Notes: a model not told the origin generated them from the letters alone. Counted from the stretch's first letter, positions 40,401 to 53,708 are shown. The stretch is DNA of 64,000 nucleotides from Phoronis australis (GCA_002633005.1 NMRA01000343.1:393671-457670); one strand, 5' to 3'. Program-made: numbers and translations.

Positions 40401-43400
40401 TAATTACGAAGATTGCTTTCTGACAACGACAAAAATAAATTTTAGAATATGGGTCCCTCACAGCTGCTGTGACGAATTCAGCTCATTGCTCCAACATTGT
40501 ACACCTCTATATATTAATCGGTCGGTGCCGTTTGGTGTAAGAACAATTCTTGAGTATAAAACCATGATGTAAGGACATCTACTATAAATGCGTAAGCGTA
40601 ATTTGCGGGTAAAGAGTTTCCTAATTATGTATGAATAGGCAAAAACTTACTGTGTTACTTTGAAATATACTGTGGATGGCTCATGGACTTTACAGTACAT
40701 AGCAATTTAGCGACAACCTTATTTCTTCACAAAGTAGAAATTAATGAAAAATATTACATATTGCAGACAAATCGCAAAGTGTGAACTGGTATTTAGATGC
40801 TGTGTATTCCAAACAAAAACAGGGGCCTTTAAAATGCCCTGCTCTGTGTATGACAGAATGACGCCGACTTTGTGGTGACGGTGTATGTTGATCTCAACCT
40901 CTGTTTTGGATAACAAAATTTTGTGTTAAGGTAATAATTATGCTCCCTTCATTACTAAGGAACAATTTCCATAAATAACGTTCAAGCACTAACTGTAGAC
41001 CCATAAACGTGTTCATTTTTAGAACCCTTGGTTACCACAGAATTTCATTATATGCACACAAACATTGCCCAAGTGTTCGTAGTTGAACTGCGTTTTTTCT
41101 AAAAAGTCTCGATTTTCATGGATTTCGACTTGATTTCCACAAGCATAAATTTTCTCGTGAACACGAAAATTTTGTTTTTTATTGTATCAGCTACAAAATC
41201 GTCTCTGTGGTTTTCTGTTAAAGCTTTTATCCCCAAAAACTTCCTTGTCAAAAATGAGGACGCCAAGATTCTATGAAAAAACGGAAGTCTATATTTTCTC
41301 GAGTTAAAGAACATTAAAAGTAATTCTCTGGTACCATCATTGAACTGCCACGTTTTCCCCGTCACTGACGGGGCTAATGACTTTCGATGGTTGGATTCTC
41401 GGGTCAGTGACCCTCTTTGTTCTACGATTATTGGTTTAATTGTACCACGTGATCTCTTTGTCTTGTCGCAACACGGGGCCATCGTCCATAATTCCCTTCA
41501 AGTTTCGAGTTTTCAGTCAATTTCTATTTGAATTTTCAACACTCTCCTTCTCTTCAGCTCAGTAAGGTATGGTAACTTGTTTTCTGATTCGTTGCACACT
41601 AAACATGCCATCTAGTTGTTTGATTTTGGGCAGTTCTTACGCTGGACCCCTATATCTTAATTCGCCTGCGGCGACCGACCAGGGCCTGACCAATCTGGTC
41701 CTCCACGAGTCCTCTGTATCCGTCATGGTTTCATGAGTTGACGAGTTTAATGAAGTTTGACCATCGGTACCGAAGTTGTCCAATTACCTAAAAACTCTTT
41801 AAGGTTATTAAGATATTCGATCCTTCCTAACAAAGATACCCCATTACATAAAAAACGTCAGTTCAAAAGTTGTTTTCGGTAAATCCATCCAACATTTTAA
41901 TTGATTATTCTTCCACGCAGCCCCCGCGTCGAACTTTGGACTGATTTACATGTATTTCAGATGAGCATTACCGATTTTGCCTGGTGCGAATCTATTTGCG
42001 TTCAAATAAAATCCCACGAGATGCATTATCGTTGACCTAGACCTACAACTGTACAGTATAAACTATACCAGTTGCTACTCAGGGACTAGACGACTCCGAT
42101 TTATTTTTTGGCACGTACCCCGACCATGTGTATTTCGCCAATAGGTTTGAACACAGATCGCAGTAGACAGAATCTTTCGACGTCAGGAACACTGTGGAAC
42201 ATGGCAATTGCCGCGTTAGCTATGCCTTCAGGACAATGAAAATCTGGCTGAAATTAATCAAACTTTCGTGTACTAAGATTGATAACCTATCAATCTGTTT
42301 GACTTCTGAAATTGAATTCCCCGCGAAAAGTTAATCTGGGATCTTTTTTCAGAAGAAATACGAAGAATACTAGCCAAATAAACCTGTCATAGTTACTGTT
42401 TTGTTAACCGACGTGATAATAATCGGTTTATGACTTATAAGCTGTAATCAAAGTACGCGATAACACTTCACAATAAACTAACTACATGCAGATTGCTAAT
42501 TGATCTTGGAAACCGCTTTCGTTCGGAGCTAAAACTGTACGGGGGATATTTGTAATGCTGACAATAACAAACAAGAAGTCAGCTTGCCGTTCAATAACGC
42601 TAGGACCTCGCTAAAAAGCAAGACTTTGCGAGATTTCGGGAGATATTACCGTGTAGTTCAAATGAGAACACGTGACTTTGTCTAGATTTTAGCTGCGGTC
42701 CTACCGTGGGTCCTAGCGTTTCTGAACGCACGCCTGGTACTTCTAAGAAAATGGGGAAATAAGTCCCATTTGTTTTCAGCGTGACATTGGCGTTACAGCA
42801 CTTAGTAAGCAAAATGCTTTGTAACATAAACGATGTGCCTAAGGTTTATTTTGATATTCTTCCACTAATAAGTGTCATCTAATTGTTTACATTAAATGGA
42901 CTCGCAAACAGTGGATAGTTCCAAGTTAAATTTGAACATGTTGCATAAATTACCACAGTATATTCACGCATAGAAGACAACTTTTTTAATCTTGGATCCA
43001 AAACATTCACATACATGGAGCTGCTCTTCACAACTCAAGCTTTCAGAGATTATCACGAATATATCGATCTGTGAGATTAGCATATTAATCCAACTGACTG
43101 GTTAGATGGTGCTGTGTAACTTGTCAATATCTTGCTCTAAATGAACAGTAACGCTGTAGCCCCGCAGGAATAAAGGCCGGTCACATCGATCGTTAACCAT
43201 AATAATAGATTAGCCGAATGAAGTTCAAATTTCGTAATTTATATATATTGTTAATAACAGCTATTTCAGCAGCGAACAATTTTTATGTCTATTTTCCATT
43301 TACTAGACACGGGGGGAGGAACGAGCCCTCCGAGCCCCAAACCCCATTTTGATGCGCGCATGAACGTTGTGAGATAATGGCTAAATACGATGCTCACATT

Positions 43401-46400
43401 TTGTGCTAGGGTTGTTGTCATGCTAAGGGTGAGAATTAGAATTGTACAGGTAAAAATTGAATTTGACGGGTGTTGCCAACATGTGTTTGAAGACGTTTCT
43501 GTTAGATTTATTGATTCTTATACAATGAAGACGTTTCTGTTAAATGAGACGACAGAAACAGCGCGTCAGCTTCATTTAAACGTTTGTAAGTTGCTCGCTC
43601 AATTCAATCAGCACCCTAATGTCTAGGCACAATCCAATTATAATTATACAGTATTGTAAATAGCCCCATCCCATCAGAGGTGAACATGTGAAAATACGGG
43701 AAATACACCGCTAATCATACGTTCGTACACGTACGTGTTCTGTACGGAGCTTGAGCTAAAGAAGGTTTCACAGGCTTTGGCCCCCTACGCAAGTTCATAT
43801 TTCAAATTGTGGACACCACGAAATGGTTCCATGATATATTTTAAGCGAAATATGTCCTGAAGAATATGAAAAATAACAAAACGCCGATTAATGATAGATT
43901 ATCTGTGTATTTTTTTAATTTTGTCTGTTATAATCTACCAGTCTATCTAATAAGGTCATTTGATTGTAGCTTCCGACTTGGGTCCCTACGGGCCAATCAA
44001 ACCAGGGTGCCATTGCCGCCGTTCCTAAAGGGAATACACCCGTACAAAATATTATCGAGATGTGTTGCTCGCCGTATTAAAATGCTATAGATTCATTGGT
44101 TAACAAGGCTCAAACACGTTCTACAAGAGAAAGGTTCATAAATGAAAACGCCAGAACTATTCATGATCTTACACATTACACTGGGAGCCACAAAATTACA
44201 ACTTTATGGTCTTAATAGACTGGAAAAGCTTTTGTTTGTGTATCCCAGACTTCCATCTACAATCTTTTAGTAGTTTTCTTATCAATGTTGTATACTGCTA
44301 ATTCAAATGGTCATTCTGTTGACCTTAAAACGTCGTTCGTATTCAAGTTAGTGCCATCCAACATGGAGTCACATCTGAATAAGCCGAGGTTGTCGTCAAA
44401 GTGATCCAGTTTGACCATATTTATTCATTTTTGTGCGGAGATCATGTTTATGATGTTTATTGATGACGGTATTATTAAGGGTGCGTAACGGCATTGGTCT
44501 TTAATAAACGGTGTTATAATAAGGTATTGCATAAATTAACAATTTGTTTGACTTAGACGGACATTTTGTGTCTTACGTATCTTTTTGTCACAGGTATGGC
44601 TTCTCTTCGTCCTTTACTAGTTCATGAAGTCATGTGCGCATTTTTTCATTTTAATAAAGATTCCAGAAAACAACAAAAAAATTACTGCCATCATCCCAAA
44701 CTTTCCAAAAGTGTCGTATGAACAAGTACTGCGAACAAACCTGTAGGTTTCCACTTAATTGATTTCATTTACAAAAATAACACATGAGCTGTGAGGTTGG
44801 AATCACAGATTAACGTTACTGGTACATGTACGTTCACATGGTGGAAAAGTCTATGCATCCTTCCATAATGTTATTAATCATACCAGTTTAAAATGGTTCC
44901 CAATAAGTTTTCTTCATAGCATTGTCGACACAAGTGAGTTTCTAGTCAAAATCTGTATCCTACAATGCGATTTTATGTTTTGTATAATCTATCTTTCACG
45001 AGATTGCATTGTGACGAAATTGGTAAATTTACAGGAATCAGATATTTTACAAGAGATATTTTCGCCATACTGTAGAAGATGGTTCTATTTGACTCGTCTT
45101 AAATTTCACGCGAGGACCCAGGGTCCAATGTCCGAAATCATATTCGAGCTCATATTCATTGTTCAGGTTTTCCTCTTTAGTCTTGTGCGAACTCAAGATA
45201 AGCGTCAATCAGACATCCAGTACATTTTAGTTTACGTAGGTGACCCATAGGTTCGAGGTACACACTTAAAATTTCGCGTAAAACTTGGAATTCGGAGTTC
45301 AGACTCAAAATTATAGTTTAGATGCTCGGGACATCTAAACTCAGGCTCAGCCATTCATTCTCGCAAACCATAATGGAATCGAGCACAAAATAATAGACAC
45401 TTATCTTAAGTTCATAAAAAGATAAGACCCTGCCCCAGGTTTCGAATTGCGTGAGCGCGCGAGCACGTATTTATGCCGTAGATTCCTTATATTATGTTTA
45501 AATGCAAGTGTTGGTGAACACAACACTGGAATATGCTGATTCTACGTCGCTCGGAGTCCTCCCTTGAATTTGGAACGGCACCCCCTTCTTGAATAGACAC
45601 GCTATGCTGCAGTTGTTTGTGAGCGTTATTGCTGTCAATACAAGAACACAATAGTGAATAGTGATACTAATGATAAAAAATGGAGTGGTTTAGACAATAA
45701 GAAATTAAAAACTCCATAGGTGAGCTGCGCAGACGCTAGTATTCGTTTGCAGCTTAATTCTACAACTCGAGGTTTGAAATAAACACCCAGGATTCTATAG
45801 ACAATGTTTCTTGAACTTTCGAAGTTACATTTATTCAGGATCCGCTGAGCAATTGCATCTGAGATAACCGGATACAAGAGCCCGTGATTAGAATGATACG
45901 CATAGGGACGTCTTAAATAAACGAACTGCGATCACCCGGCTTCCCTTGTGAATGACAACGTTATTTGGAGTTGAGTAATTCAATAAATTATCCGATTAAA
46001 GACGTTTTCCTTAGAGAGATAAACATTCAATTTCCTCGATCTGGTAAGACGATGGAAAGGGATTCCTCGGCTCACATTCTATGCACTGCCATTTTGATCG
46101 AGTTCAAGTGTGGCAAATGTTGACACGTAGATGTCTGGACTAGGCGAGAAAGCTTACTAGATGATTTTGAGATCTACCCTTCACATTTTGAGACCTGAGC
46201 TCACCGAGATGATTTTCAGCCAAGGCCTGTTTTTTATTTTACTTGAAAAGCAGTACAAAGGAAAATACTGTAAACACGGTAAAGCAAGGTTTGAAATGTC
46301 GTGATTTGCCAAATGATGAGTAAAATGACACCGCATCATTCTTTTCTTGTAAATGGACTTGTTTTCTTGAAAAAGTGAACTATAAAAATAAGGTACCACC

Positions 46401-48505
46401 GCCTCGATTTTCACAAAAAATAAATCCAACTTTACTATCTTGGCCTTATGCATGACATGAAAGAATCGATTTCGTGGCAGACGTTTCAAAAGACGACAAA
46501 TTCACTGAAAAATAAACACGTTTCGTAGAACGTAGCCTTTCATTAGTGATCGATGAACACGATAGCGTGGCCTGCATCTGCATTCGACTGTGTACTGTGA
46601 CCGAGGGAATATTGCAATTATCTCTTATTTGCGAGCAAAAGTGTGGGAATTCCAAAACATTTGAGAAGTTGACAGTTATTTGTTGTTTGTTGTTTGCTTC
46701 AAATTTCTTTTTATACTTTTTAGTTGTAAGCGTAGACCGGCGCACATTCCAACGCCTGAATGTATGAAAAGCCTGTGAGTCCGAAATAATCTCCGAAGTT
46801 ACAGGAGTCTAGTGCCCAGTTGGATGAAACCGTACCAGTAGGGCTCAACTATGTTCCCTAAACACCCCGCGTGTTTGTGGACTATGTCCTATCATGTTAT
46901 TGTAACTTCATTTCACAGCCAAGCTTCAGCATTGACACACAGAAAGACTTCCTAATTTTACTGGAAAATATAAAGAAACTTTAAAACATCCTCCTTAATT
47001 TACGGATTTGGATTCTATTTATTTTCACCGAAATGAGGGGCTCAGTTTTCAGATATAATAATAGAATATGTCACAAGCAAAAGAGGAAGCCACAATAAAA
47101 TGACGGAAACCTACAGCATTAGTGAGTGAACGACATCTAGGCCTACAGATGCGCTGTAACTTGAGGGAACATAGTTGAATCCCTATTGGGACTGTTTCGT
47201 GCAATCTGGCACAAGAGTGACCTAAAAACCTATACGATCGAAAATCCCGCCCTCTCAATCGAAGTTACAAAACCGTCGTGGGAGGTAAGTTTTTTACCGG
47301 AAAACAGTCAGTCTGGATGAAAAATCATTATTGTTTCACGGATTTACTATTGTCACAGTAACTTTCGCTTCTTCGGTTTTATCTCAGTGTTTACAAAATT
47401 TTACACAGAATCTCAATATAATGTTGGCGACTAAATCGGAATCTGAAAGGTCTATTCCCTGCTTCAGTGGAAAAGGCCTCATTGTTTATAACTGACTTTT
47501 TTCACAGGCATCCGTGACCAAATTTGCCAAATCATGAGTTGTAAGAGGTATAATGAGCAGCCACATATTGAGACGCTGGGACGTTAACCACTTCGATTAG
47601 GTTCAAAGAATGCCTTAAAAAATTTCCAGTCAGCAAGTACTATGGACATCACGAGCAAAACCTCCAAGGGCAGTTGATTTGCAGGAAAAATGTTTACTCT
47701 GTAGCTCAAATACGTGTTTTTAGGAAAAAAGCTCCATAGCTTTATCAGAGTATTTTGATGACGACACGGCAGACTTGACAAAAATCAGAAATAGCGACGG
47801 AAGAGCGAAAGAAAACGTATAATGGCAGTGCCTGTAGAACAGAGATGCTCTCTAACGAGCCCGTTAAATTCTTATGTGAAACCACCTGCTTGAGAGATGT
47901 GAACAGGCAACTAATCTAATCCTGCCATCGTTACCTCTTCCTTGAATGTGACCGATATAAACAGTTAGCAGTAGCTTTATCATACAAGTGCTACAAAATT
48001 TGAGTTGTCGATGCAATGTATTTTAATTATTTCTTTCATTGGTCTGATGACTTAATAAGCGTTTCCAAACTACTACAAAGGATTTTCATGGTCCACATGA
48101 TTTTGCGCAAAATAGTTCTAGTTTTGGCATAAGGACAAGTTTGGCACTATTATAAACACCACAATTTGAACTCTAATATGCTGTTAAATAAAAAAAATCA
48201 AAGCATGTCTACGTCTAGTCATAGGCAAAAAATGTTGAAAGAACAAGCAACATGTCCGCGTCATTTTTGTGTCGAAATGAAGGTGATCAATATTCCCAAA
48301 GACCAAAAGACGCCGTCATGTTTCGACATACCTATGCCGCTTATACTGTATTATATAAAGTGAAAAATAACAAAATTTAGTTTTTGCATAATCATTAACA
48401 CATACACATATGAAACTTACCGATGGGTATCTTTGTATCCCAGAGTCCGCATAGAGCACAAGTTATTAGATTAATAAACCCAAAAATCAACTGCGCTTTT
48501 CTCAT
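10391..48505 (-). CDS. AMPA-type (GluA-like) ionotropic glutamate receptor subunit, whole gene, about 923-924 aa
   Basis: Exons joined by hand with consistent phases: 48421-48505, 40050-40205, 37763-38014, 35843-36039, 34855-34908, 33739-33897, 29774-29968, 29018-29128, 27039-27140, 26204-26422, 25045-25367, [21179-21380 OR 19170-19368], 17406-17650, 16205-16319, 15813-15950, 15114-15269, 10391-10456. Motifs: [84 protein letters not shown]. Confidence 0.93.
12662..12794. mobile_element. Palindromic MITE-like element (TGCACTTGATTCA-type ends); relatives at 19388-19703 and ending at 24963
   Basis: GTGCACTTGATTCAC...GTAAATTAAGTGCAGC with an internal AAGACACCTGATTGG/CCAATCAGATGTCTT inverted repeat. 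Confidence 0.65.
13620..14026. mobile_element. Foldback MITE with long imperfect inverted repeats; partial relative at about 45120-45430
   Basis: CAGGGCCCGGTCTC...GAGACCGGGCCCTG; inverted similarity extends more than 100 bp (ACTCGAAA/TTTCGAGT repeats). Confidence 0.8.
15114..15269 (-). CDS. iGluR exon 16 (cytoplasmic tail; donor position uncertain)
   Basis: ttttcag|ACG; [18 protein letters not shown]...; in-phase donors at GGG|gtagga or TTA|gtacga. Confidence 0.7.
15813..15950 (-). CDS. iGluR exon 15 (M4)
   Basis: ttccag|...AAG|gtatac; [39 protein letters not shown]. Confidence 0.93.
16205..16319 (-). CDS. iGluR exon 14 (115-nt exon equivalent to vertebrate flip/flop, single copy)
   Basis: aacag|A...AAG|gtttg; [39 protein letters not shown]. 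Confidence 0.93.
17406..17650 (-). CDS. iGluR exon 13 (S2)
   Basis: ttctag|ACA...TAC AG|gtgggt; [10 protein letters not shown]...[25 protein letters not shown]...[19 protein letters not shown]. Confidence 0.95.
19170..19368 (-). CDS. iGluR exon 12b (M3 plus start of S2), alternative copy 2
   Basis: tttccacag|C...GAT|gtaagt, 199 nt, phase 2-0; [66 protein letters not shown]. Confidence 0.9.
19523..19663. mobile_element. MITE nested inside the 19388-19703 element; second copy at about 42588-42728
   Basis: CGTTCAGTAACGCTAGGACC...GGTCGTAGCGTCTACTGAACG; internal sequence clearly homologous to the 42.6-kb copy. Confidence 0.75.
21179..21380 (-). CDS. iGluR exon 12a (M3 plus start of S2), alternative copy 1
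   Basis: tttccgtag|T...GAT|gtaagt, 202 nt, phase 2-0; [67 protein letters not shown]. Confidence 0.93.
23405..23712. repeat. Foldback (long imperfect inverted repeat) in iGluR intron 11
   Basis: GTGATTGGGCGGTAAGGTTAGAATGTTGAATT...ATTCACTGT is mirrored by ACAGTGAATAA...AATTCAACATTTTAACATCACCGACCAATCAC; outer TCAAGAC/GTCTTGA. Confidence 0.7.
25045..25367 (-). CDS. iGluR exon 11 (end of S1, M1, M2 pore loop with genomic Q at the Q/R site)
   Basis: tttcag|AGG...CCC AG|gtac; [26 protein letters not shown]...[10 protein letters not shown]. Confidence 0.95.
26204..26422 (-). CDS. iGluR exon 10 (S1 ligand-binding segment)
   Basis: ttgtag|...GGG|gtaatt; NPPYW...[17 protein letters not shown]...DKRHG...[11 protein letters not shown] (absent from the supplied ORF track). 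Confidence 0.92.
27039..27140 (-). CDS. iGluR exon 9 (ATD-LBD linker)
   Basis: AAG acceptor, GTG|gtaagt donor, phase 0-0; [10 protein letters not shown]...KIQIVSMLV. Confidence 0.75.
29018..29128 (-). CDS. iGluR exon 8 (amino-terminal domain)
   Basis: ttttcag|...ATA|gtaagc; [29 protein letters not shown], resembling the GLTG.I.F...G.R.NY motif. Confidence 0.88.
29774..29968 (-). CDS. iGluR exon 7 (amino-terminal domain)
   Basis: ttccag|...AAT|gtaagc; [17 protein letters not shown]...C...[14 protein letters not shown]. Confidence 0.88.
30538..31742 (+). mobile_element. Kolobok-like non-autonomous DNA transposon carrying a frameshifted THAP domain
   Basis: ttaa|AGGCGAAGGCAACC...GGTTGCCTTCGCCT|ttaa, about 60-bp imperfect inverted termini, TTAA target site duplication; [10 protein letters not shown]...RFPKD...RRTWL then (frameshift) RVCGKHL...[10 protein letters not shown] matches the C2CH THAP pattern. 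Confidence 0.85.
32597..32894. mobile_element. TTAA-flanked MITE with Kolobok-type termini
   Basis: ttaa|AGCGGCGATGAACTCGC...GCGAGTTCGTTGCGGCT|ttaa. Confidence 0.7.
33739..33897 (-). CDS. iGluR exon 6 (amino-terminal domain)
   Basis: tttcag|...CAG|gtcagt; [21 protein letters not shown]...FVRKW. Confidence 0.88.
34855..34908 (-). CDS. iGluR exon 5 (54 nt, amino-terminal domain)
   Basis: ttttctttaag|...GTG|gtaagt; [18 protein letters not shown], resembling the G....GYHYI motif. Confidence 0.8.
35843..36039 (-). CDS. iGluR exon 4 (amino-terminal domain)
   Basis: cccag|GT...CAG|gtgaga; GLIELESM...[18 protein letters not shown]. Confidence 0.8.
37763..38014 (-). CDS. iGluR exon 3 (amino-terminal domain)
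   Basis: ttgcag|...AAA G|gtattt; VCGLVSRGI...LHIPHI...[22 protein letters not shown]. Confidence 0.9.
40050..40205 (-). CDS. iGluR exon 2 (amino-terminal domain)
   Basis: tcatag|GT GGA GTC TTT...TCG G|gtaagt; [15 protein letters not shown]...DSYALNAS. Confidence 0.8.
48421..48505 (-). CDS. iGluR exon 1 (signal peptide)
   Basis: acaaaATG; [29 protein letters not shown]|gtaagt; joins the next exon to give IPIGGVF. Confidence 0.8.
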
Positions 48506-51500
48506 TTTGTAAAGACTGTGTTTAATTTTTTCCTCTACGCACTCTTCTTGTTGGTTAAATCCTGTTTAAACTCGCCAAATAACCGAGGTTCGGTCGCTCA
48601 TTGAAGCTACTTTGAGGTTCTGATGCCTCAACTGCCGTGACATGCATGCATCTCGAAAATCAAGTTGCCTTCCCGACTTCTTATGACTCACACGTGACCT
48701 ATCACAATTGCTGCATGCATAAAAACAAAAATCAATTATTGTCGTTGTACGATGCGGACGATGACTCCCAGTGGAATTCAACTGGCGAACACAGAGTGGA
48801 GACACTGTGTCCGCTGTCGTGCCCGCTGTTTGGTATGGTGCGTGAAAATGGGTTTGAAGTAATAGCCCGGCCTGCTCTTAATCTCACAGCCGACACCACC
48901 TATGCTAGCGCCGGGTATGCATACATATGCCAAGGAGTCTGGTTACCCATATTGGGTAAATTGTGTATCACCGACGAGGTCTTGAAATAAGCTGGGTCAC
49001 TAGATGGCGGACGAGTTTTGGGTGGACACTTGAGATGCACAATGCCAGTGTCACAAACAGCTCAGACATGTTGTGGATGGAGATTTTTGACTGTAGAATG
49101 TTACACTATATACTGATCGTCGTAGACTCATACGCAAAGCAAATGTAGCGACATGTACCTTGTGTCAAAGAAAACTATTAATTTTCGTCAATAGCTTGGC
49201 TCAGTAGAGAAAAAAACACTCAGGTTCCGGTTGTATAGTGTCGCACCAAAGTTTGAAATTTCAAGTATTGATACTTAGCCTCGGTAGGTGGGTACGACAC
49301 TGCCACCCCTGGAGGACCCCTCGTAACAACGGGAAAGGGTGTAAGTTTGAGATGCACCGGTCCATGGTTTCAACTCGGTAGAGAACTATTGTAAAGTATA
49401 AACAAACCGATCTTCACCTACGGGGACCCTACCCTAATGGAGAGAGCCAGGTTTCGTTGCAAAGTTACACTGAAATCACGAGTCAGGAGAATTGGAATCG
49501 GTCGGTCCCTACCAGGAACTATATTTACGAGTTGTGTATGCTTAGCACACGATGACGTAGTTCAGAAAGTTGTAATGGTTCTGACGCTGCACGTGATATG
49601 AGTCTCCATTAACTTGTCTGCTGGCAGCTTAGTTTCAACTACATTTGCTGCTGTTGAGTCATTCAACCGGCGAGCGCTTTCGCTCCACGAAATAGCGACC
49701 CACGATATTCAATTCTTTGAGTTCAGCAAGAACGAATTGTCATGTCTTTAATCTTAGTGTGGTGCAAGTTGCGTACAGTAGTTGCCGAGCCAACCACGTA
49801 TAGGTCAAGCAATGCTTGCATTGAGAACGCGAGTTCATCGCATGTGCAAAGACATTCTCAAGAGGATTGCAAAAAATGACACTGTGCTTATCAAGTCTAA
49901 TAGCATTAAGGAATGCAACATCTCAGTAGTATTTTGTACATACACGGAATGAGAATTGTAATATTCTTGGTAAATTAATTGTTTTTGCGGTCGAGAAGTT
50001 GTCCATGTTTACACCAAACATGACCTCCCGGCGTGGGCGGATTTTGGGGGCAACATCTGCCCGGTAGCTAGATCTAAGAGATTCTTGTCTTCGGCAAATT
50101 CATCCTAGAACCGATCGTTTCCATATGAAAGAATCTGAGCGCCTAATGCCCAAATTAATATGAAAAAATGGCGTCCAAAACTTAACATTGAGGAGGGGAA
50201 CTCGTTTTCAGCGACAAGAAAAATGCATCATGGACATTCTTTTGTGATTCTTAAACTTGCCAGCTTAAAATAAAGTCCTAACACAACAAACCCGCTTTCT
50301 GTTTTTTCCTTGATGATTCGATTCCTCGGCGTTAATTTCAGAGCTCGTTTTCGCGCAATATTTAGCCTAGATCTCAGTACTGCAATCGAGATCAACGAAA
50401 TTAAACGATTCAGTGCTACTGTACATGGAAGGTCACCTGATTCAACAAAATCCTGTCCGCCAATCAGAGTGTTTGGCACGGCTTAAAGAACAAGTCCCGG
50501 GATAACTTGCTAATAAAATTAGCAGTTCATAATTTAACATACTCTTATTCCTGAAACCAAGAAGACCGTTCGCCACTCAAAAGCCTAGCCTTTTACAAAT
50601 TAATTGCATTTCGGGTGCAAATCCTCCCGGTAAGTTGTCGCCAGGAAAGGTCAAATCGGCGCATTTAATTTCATAAGCAGTACGTTAGCAATGAATGTTC
50701 GTTTACATCGCTTTGGCATCGGTATTGTGGTTGGTAAATGGTAATTATTGCAGAATTTCCAACTGTTTTTCACATCGTACGGTAACTAAAAAGGTATGCA
50801 ACCAGTCACAGGTTCTTACTAAAATCGGACGTACATGTATCTCCCATTGTTAACTATAAAAGATAAACTGATACTACTAATGCACATACTGTTCGTGACG
50901 TCACGCGCACGATTGAGAAAATTGGGGGTCCGGACACGAGACACGTGATTTATCCATGGGACAACGTGGGAGTTTAAGAATACGTCAATCCATACTTAGC
51001 AAGCAAATGCATTTGCTTCTCAAAACACCAGAACCTCAGGGATTTGTACTACTTGGAGCTCCACTACATTAGACAGGTAATATGTCCGTGAATAATTATT
51101 TACGGACACGAAGGGACAGAAACACACTCGCGGGAGAGAATTTGCATTTTGTAAAAACCCCTACTTAGTGTTGATTTTTGTAAAGAGTGCTTTTTCATCA
51201 TGGCTGATAGAGACATTAACGTGGTACCCGTGGCGCCAATTTCAATTTATGAGCTCACTGCTAATTACGTCGGCATGTAGGCACGGCCTTTAAAGTTCAC
51301 TTGTACATTTACAAAATGGATGGAACGGAGGGTGATTAGGTCGTTGTAATCCAGGTATATTCAGTACCAACACTTAAAGTAGAAAGTTGCACATTTTTTT
51401 GAAACGATTAATTCTCCTCCGTGTAAACTGATACTCAGACGTGTAAACTGATACTCAGTTCCCAACACGTGTGCAAAAAACTGATTTCTGATAAATAACT

Positions 51501-51699
51501 AAATACAGTCTATGGCTTGATAGTCAGTTTGAAGACTGCACTCAGAGTTCGCAATTAGATGTGTCAACATACGAGAAAAAATGACTGCATCTTCAAACCC
51601 TGCCCTTGAAACCTCCGGCCAAGTTTCGGTTTGAGCGTCTAGCCCCACCGAGCTGTAGTTGAACAGTAATAGAAAGCATTCGATCGAATCCCTCATAAT

Positions 51700-52940
51700 T
51701 TACGCTTCCATAGATTGAAAAACATTGATGTGCATGGTGAGATTTTCAACATAATCCGCTCTATGTTTAGTAAATTGCGCACTTATGTGAAAACTCAAGA
51801 TCGTCTTACAGAGTTCTTCATTGGCACTTGCCAAGGTTGCATGATCAGCCCATTATTATTTGTGTTGTATCTGAATTTCTGGATCAACTGAGTGCGAAAA
51901 GTAATAGCAATAGCACATATCCCAGCGAACAAGTGCCAAAAGTTAACTCCCTGGTGTACGCAGACGACATGGTGTTATGTTCCTTTACCGCCATCAACTT
52001 ACAATGTATGCTAAATTGTTTGGCGAATTTTGCGAATCATGGGGCATGCAAGTAAACTTGAAGAAAACCAAGGTGGTAGTTTTCAGAAAAAGTGGTCCTC
52101 TTAGACGATATGGGAAATGGTTTTACACTGGAACTTCGGTCGATGTAGTGTCTCATTATAAACACCTTGGGCTACTTATTACCCCCAAAGTTTCGTGGAC
52201 CAAAGCCATTACAGACTTATCTAGTCAGTAAAGCTGCCTCTGCAATTTGTAAATTAAAGCGGAAATGTTGTAATCTACCTATGTCAATAGCCTTTCACCT
52301 GTTCGATAAATTGGTTTACCCCTCTCTGTGTTACAGCGCTGAAATATGGGGCTTTGTAAGGAAAATTCTGTCTGTGTATAGTTTTTCAGATGTATGGATT
52401 AATCAAGGTGTGGTAATTCAAGCGTATATCTTAACAGTTTTTTTTCTCAATGCGTCAGTGACTGTTATTTGCAAGGCTGGCAGTCTGATATCGAATGTAA
52501 CGCAAAACTGCCTTACCATGTGAGGTAAAAAACAATGTATTGTCTAGAGAATTATCTAGAAATAGTTGGTGTCCCACGTTTTTTATCCAGTCTCTGACTC
52601 CATTGCGATGTTTAAGTGATTCGTTACTAGTGGAAAGAGGTCGCCTCACAAATATTCCCTATGAAAATAGTTTGGATGTGTAGAGGACAAATACCACATT
52701 GTGCTAGTTTGTAGACCCGGGTTAAGCACTTAAGTGATCGTTTTGTCATTCTCCCCCGATATCTGAATTTGATTCTCTCATGAGAACTCCGGGTACCATT
52801 CTTCTAAATTCCACAATGCTCTCAAGCGTCACAATTTATTATCCGGTGTGTAACGCACCTGACAATGCTCTGTCGTATACATGTACATGTTATACTTTGG
52901 GCCTGTGGCTATATGTATACATTTCAATTAATCACAAATT
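51700..52940 (+). mobile_element. Degenerate non-LTR retrotransposon reverse transcriptase fragment (RTE-X/CR1-group-like)
   Basis: Frameshifted CQGCMISPLLF, LVYADDMVL, WGMQVNLKKTKVVVFRK, YKHLG, Y.AEIWG; absent from the paralogous segment near 56.7 kb. Confidence 0.85.
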
Positions 52941-53708
52941 AAACAATATAAACGCACTGACTATTATATCTATAACAAGGTAAAATTGAAGAGAGGTCGT
53001 GATCTAGGGTCTAATTCTCGAAGAGTTTATAGCTAAAATCTGTGTTCTTTTTGTCTTGTGGCGTTTGGCAGGTACATGTATGCTGCTGAGAAGGCTGCGG
53101 ATTTCTGACTTTTGGATTCGAAACTGTAGACTGATTTCCAGATTTCTCGAAACAAGTTATCTGTAGCCTGATTTTTAGCCAAAAGACAGTAGACTAGTCA
53201 ACAAAAAGCGCTCTGACGTCAATTATGAAGTGAACATCTCCCCTTAAATATCTTAGGGAACAAAAGAACTTATGAGCCGATTTTGCCACAGGTGAGCATG
53301 GCTTCATACTGATATAAACTCTTCTTCATACTCGAAAACTTTAGTGGAGATCTGAGATTTATATTTTTGATATTCTTTTAAAAGCAGACTGGTAATTACA
53401 ACAGAACTATGCATAAATAGATAAAAGCGCAGCAGCAGATGTGAGAAGACGGTCGGTCTTTATTGCTTTTGGTATTCCACAACCCTGCAATAACTTTATC
53501 ATGGCAGCGAGCAACGGAACTAGTGGCACGGCAACCGTTAGAATGAAGATTACATTAATTTGAAAACGAGTTTTGTTGGTTAGTTCACGAGCAATTTATA
53601 CTTTCTTACTGTGACGGTTATTTTCAATATCGAGGAAAAAATAAGATCCAGTAGTCCCGAAGACAGCAAATAAACCTCTTAAATGCTTATAAGGTTACCT
53701 AACGCCAT

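Noticed and set aside
48955-49000. CCGACGAGGTCTTGAAATAAG resembling a hammerhead ribozyme half
   Set aside because: The core box is mutated and no GAAA follows a closed stem II
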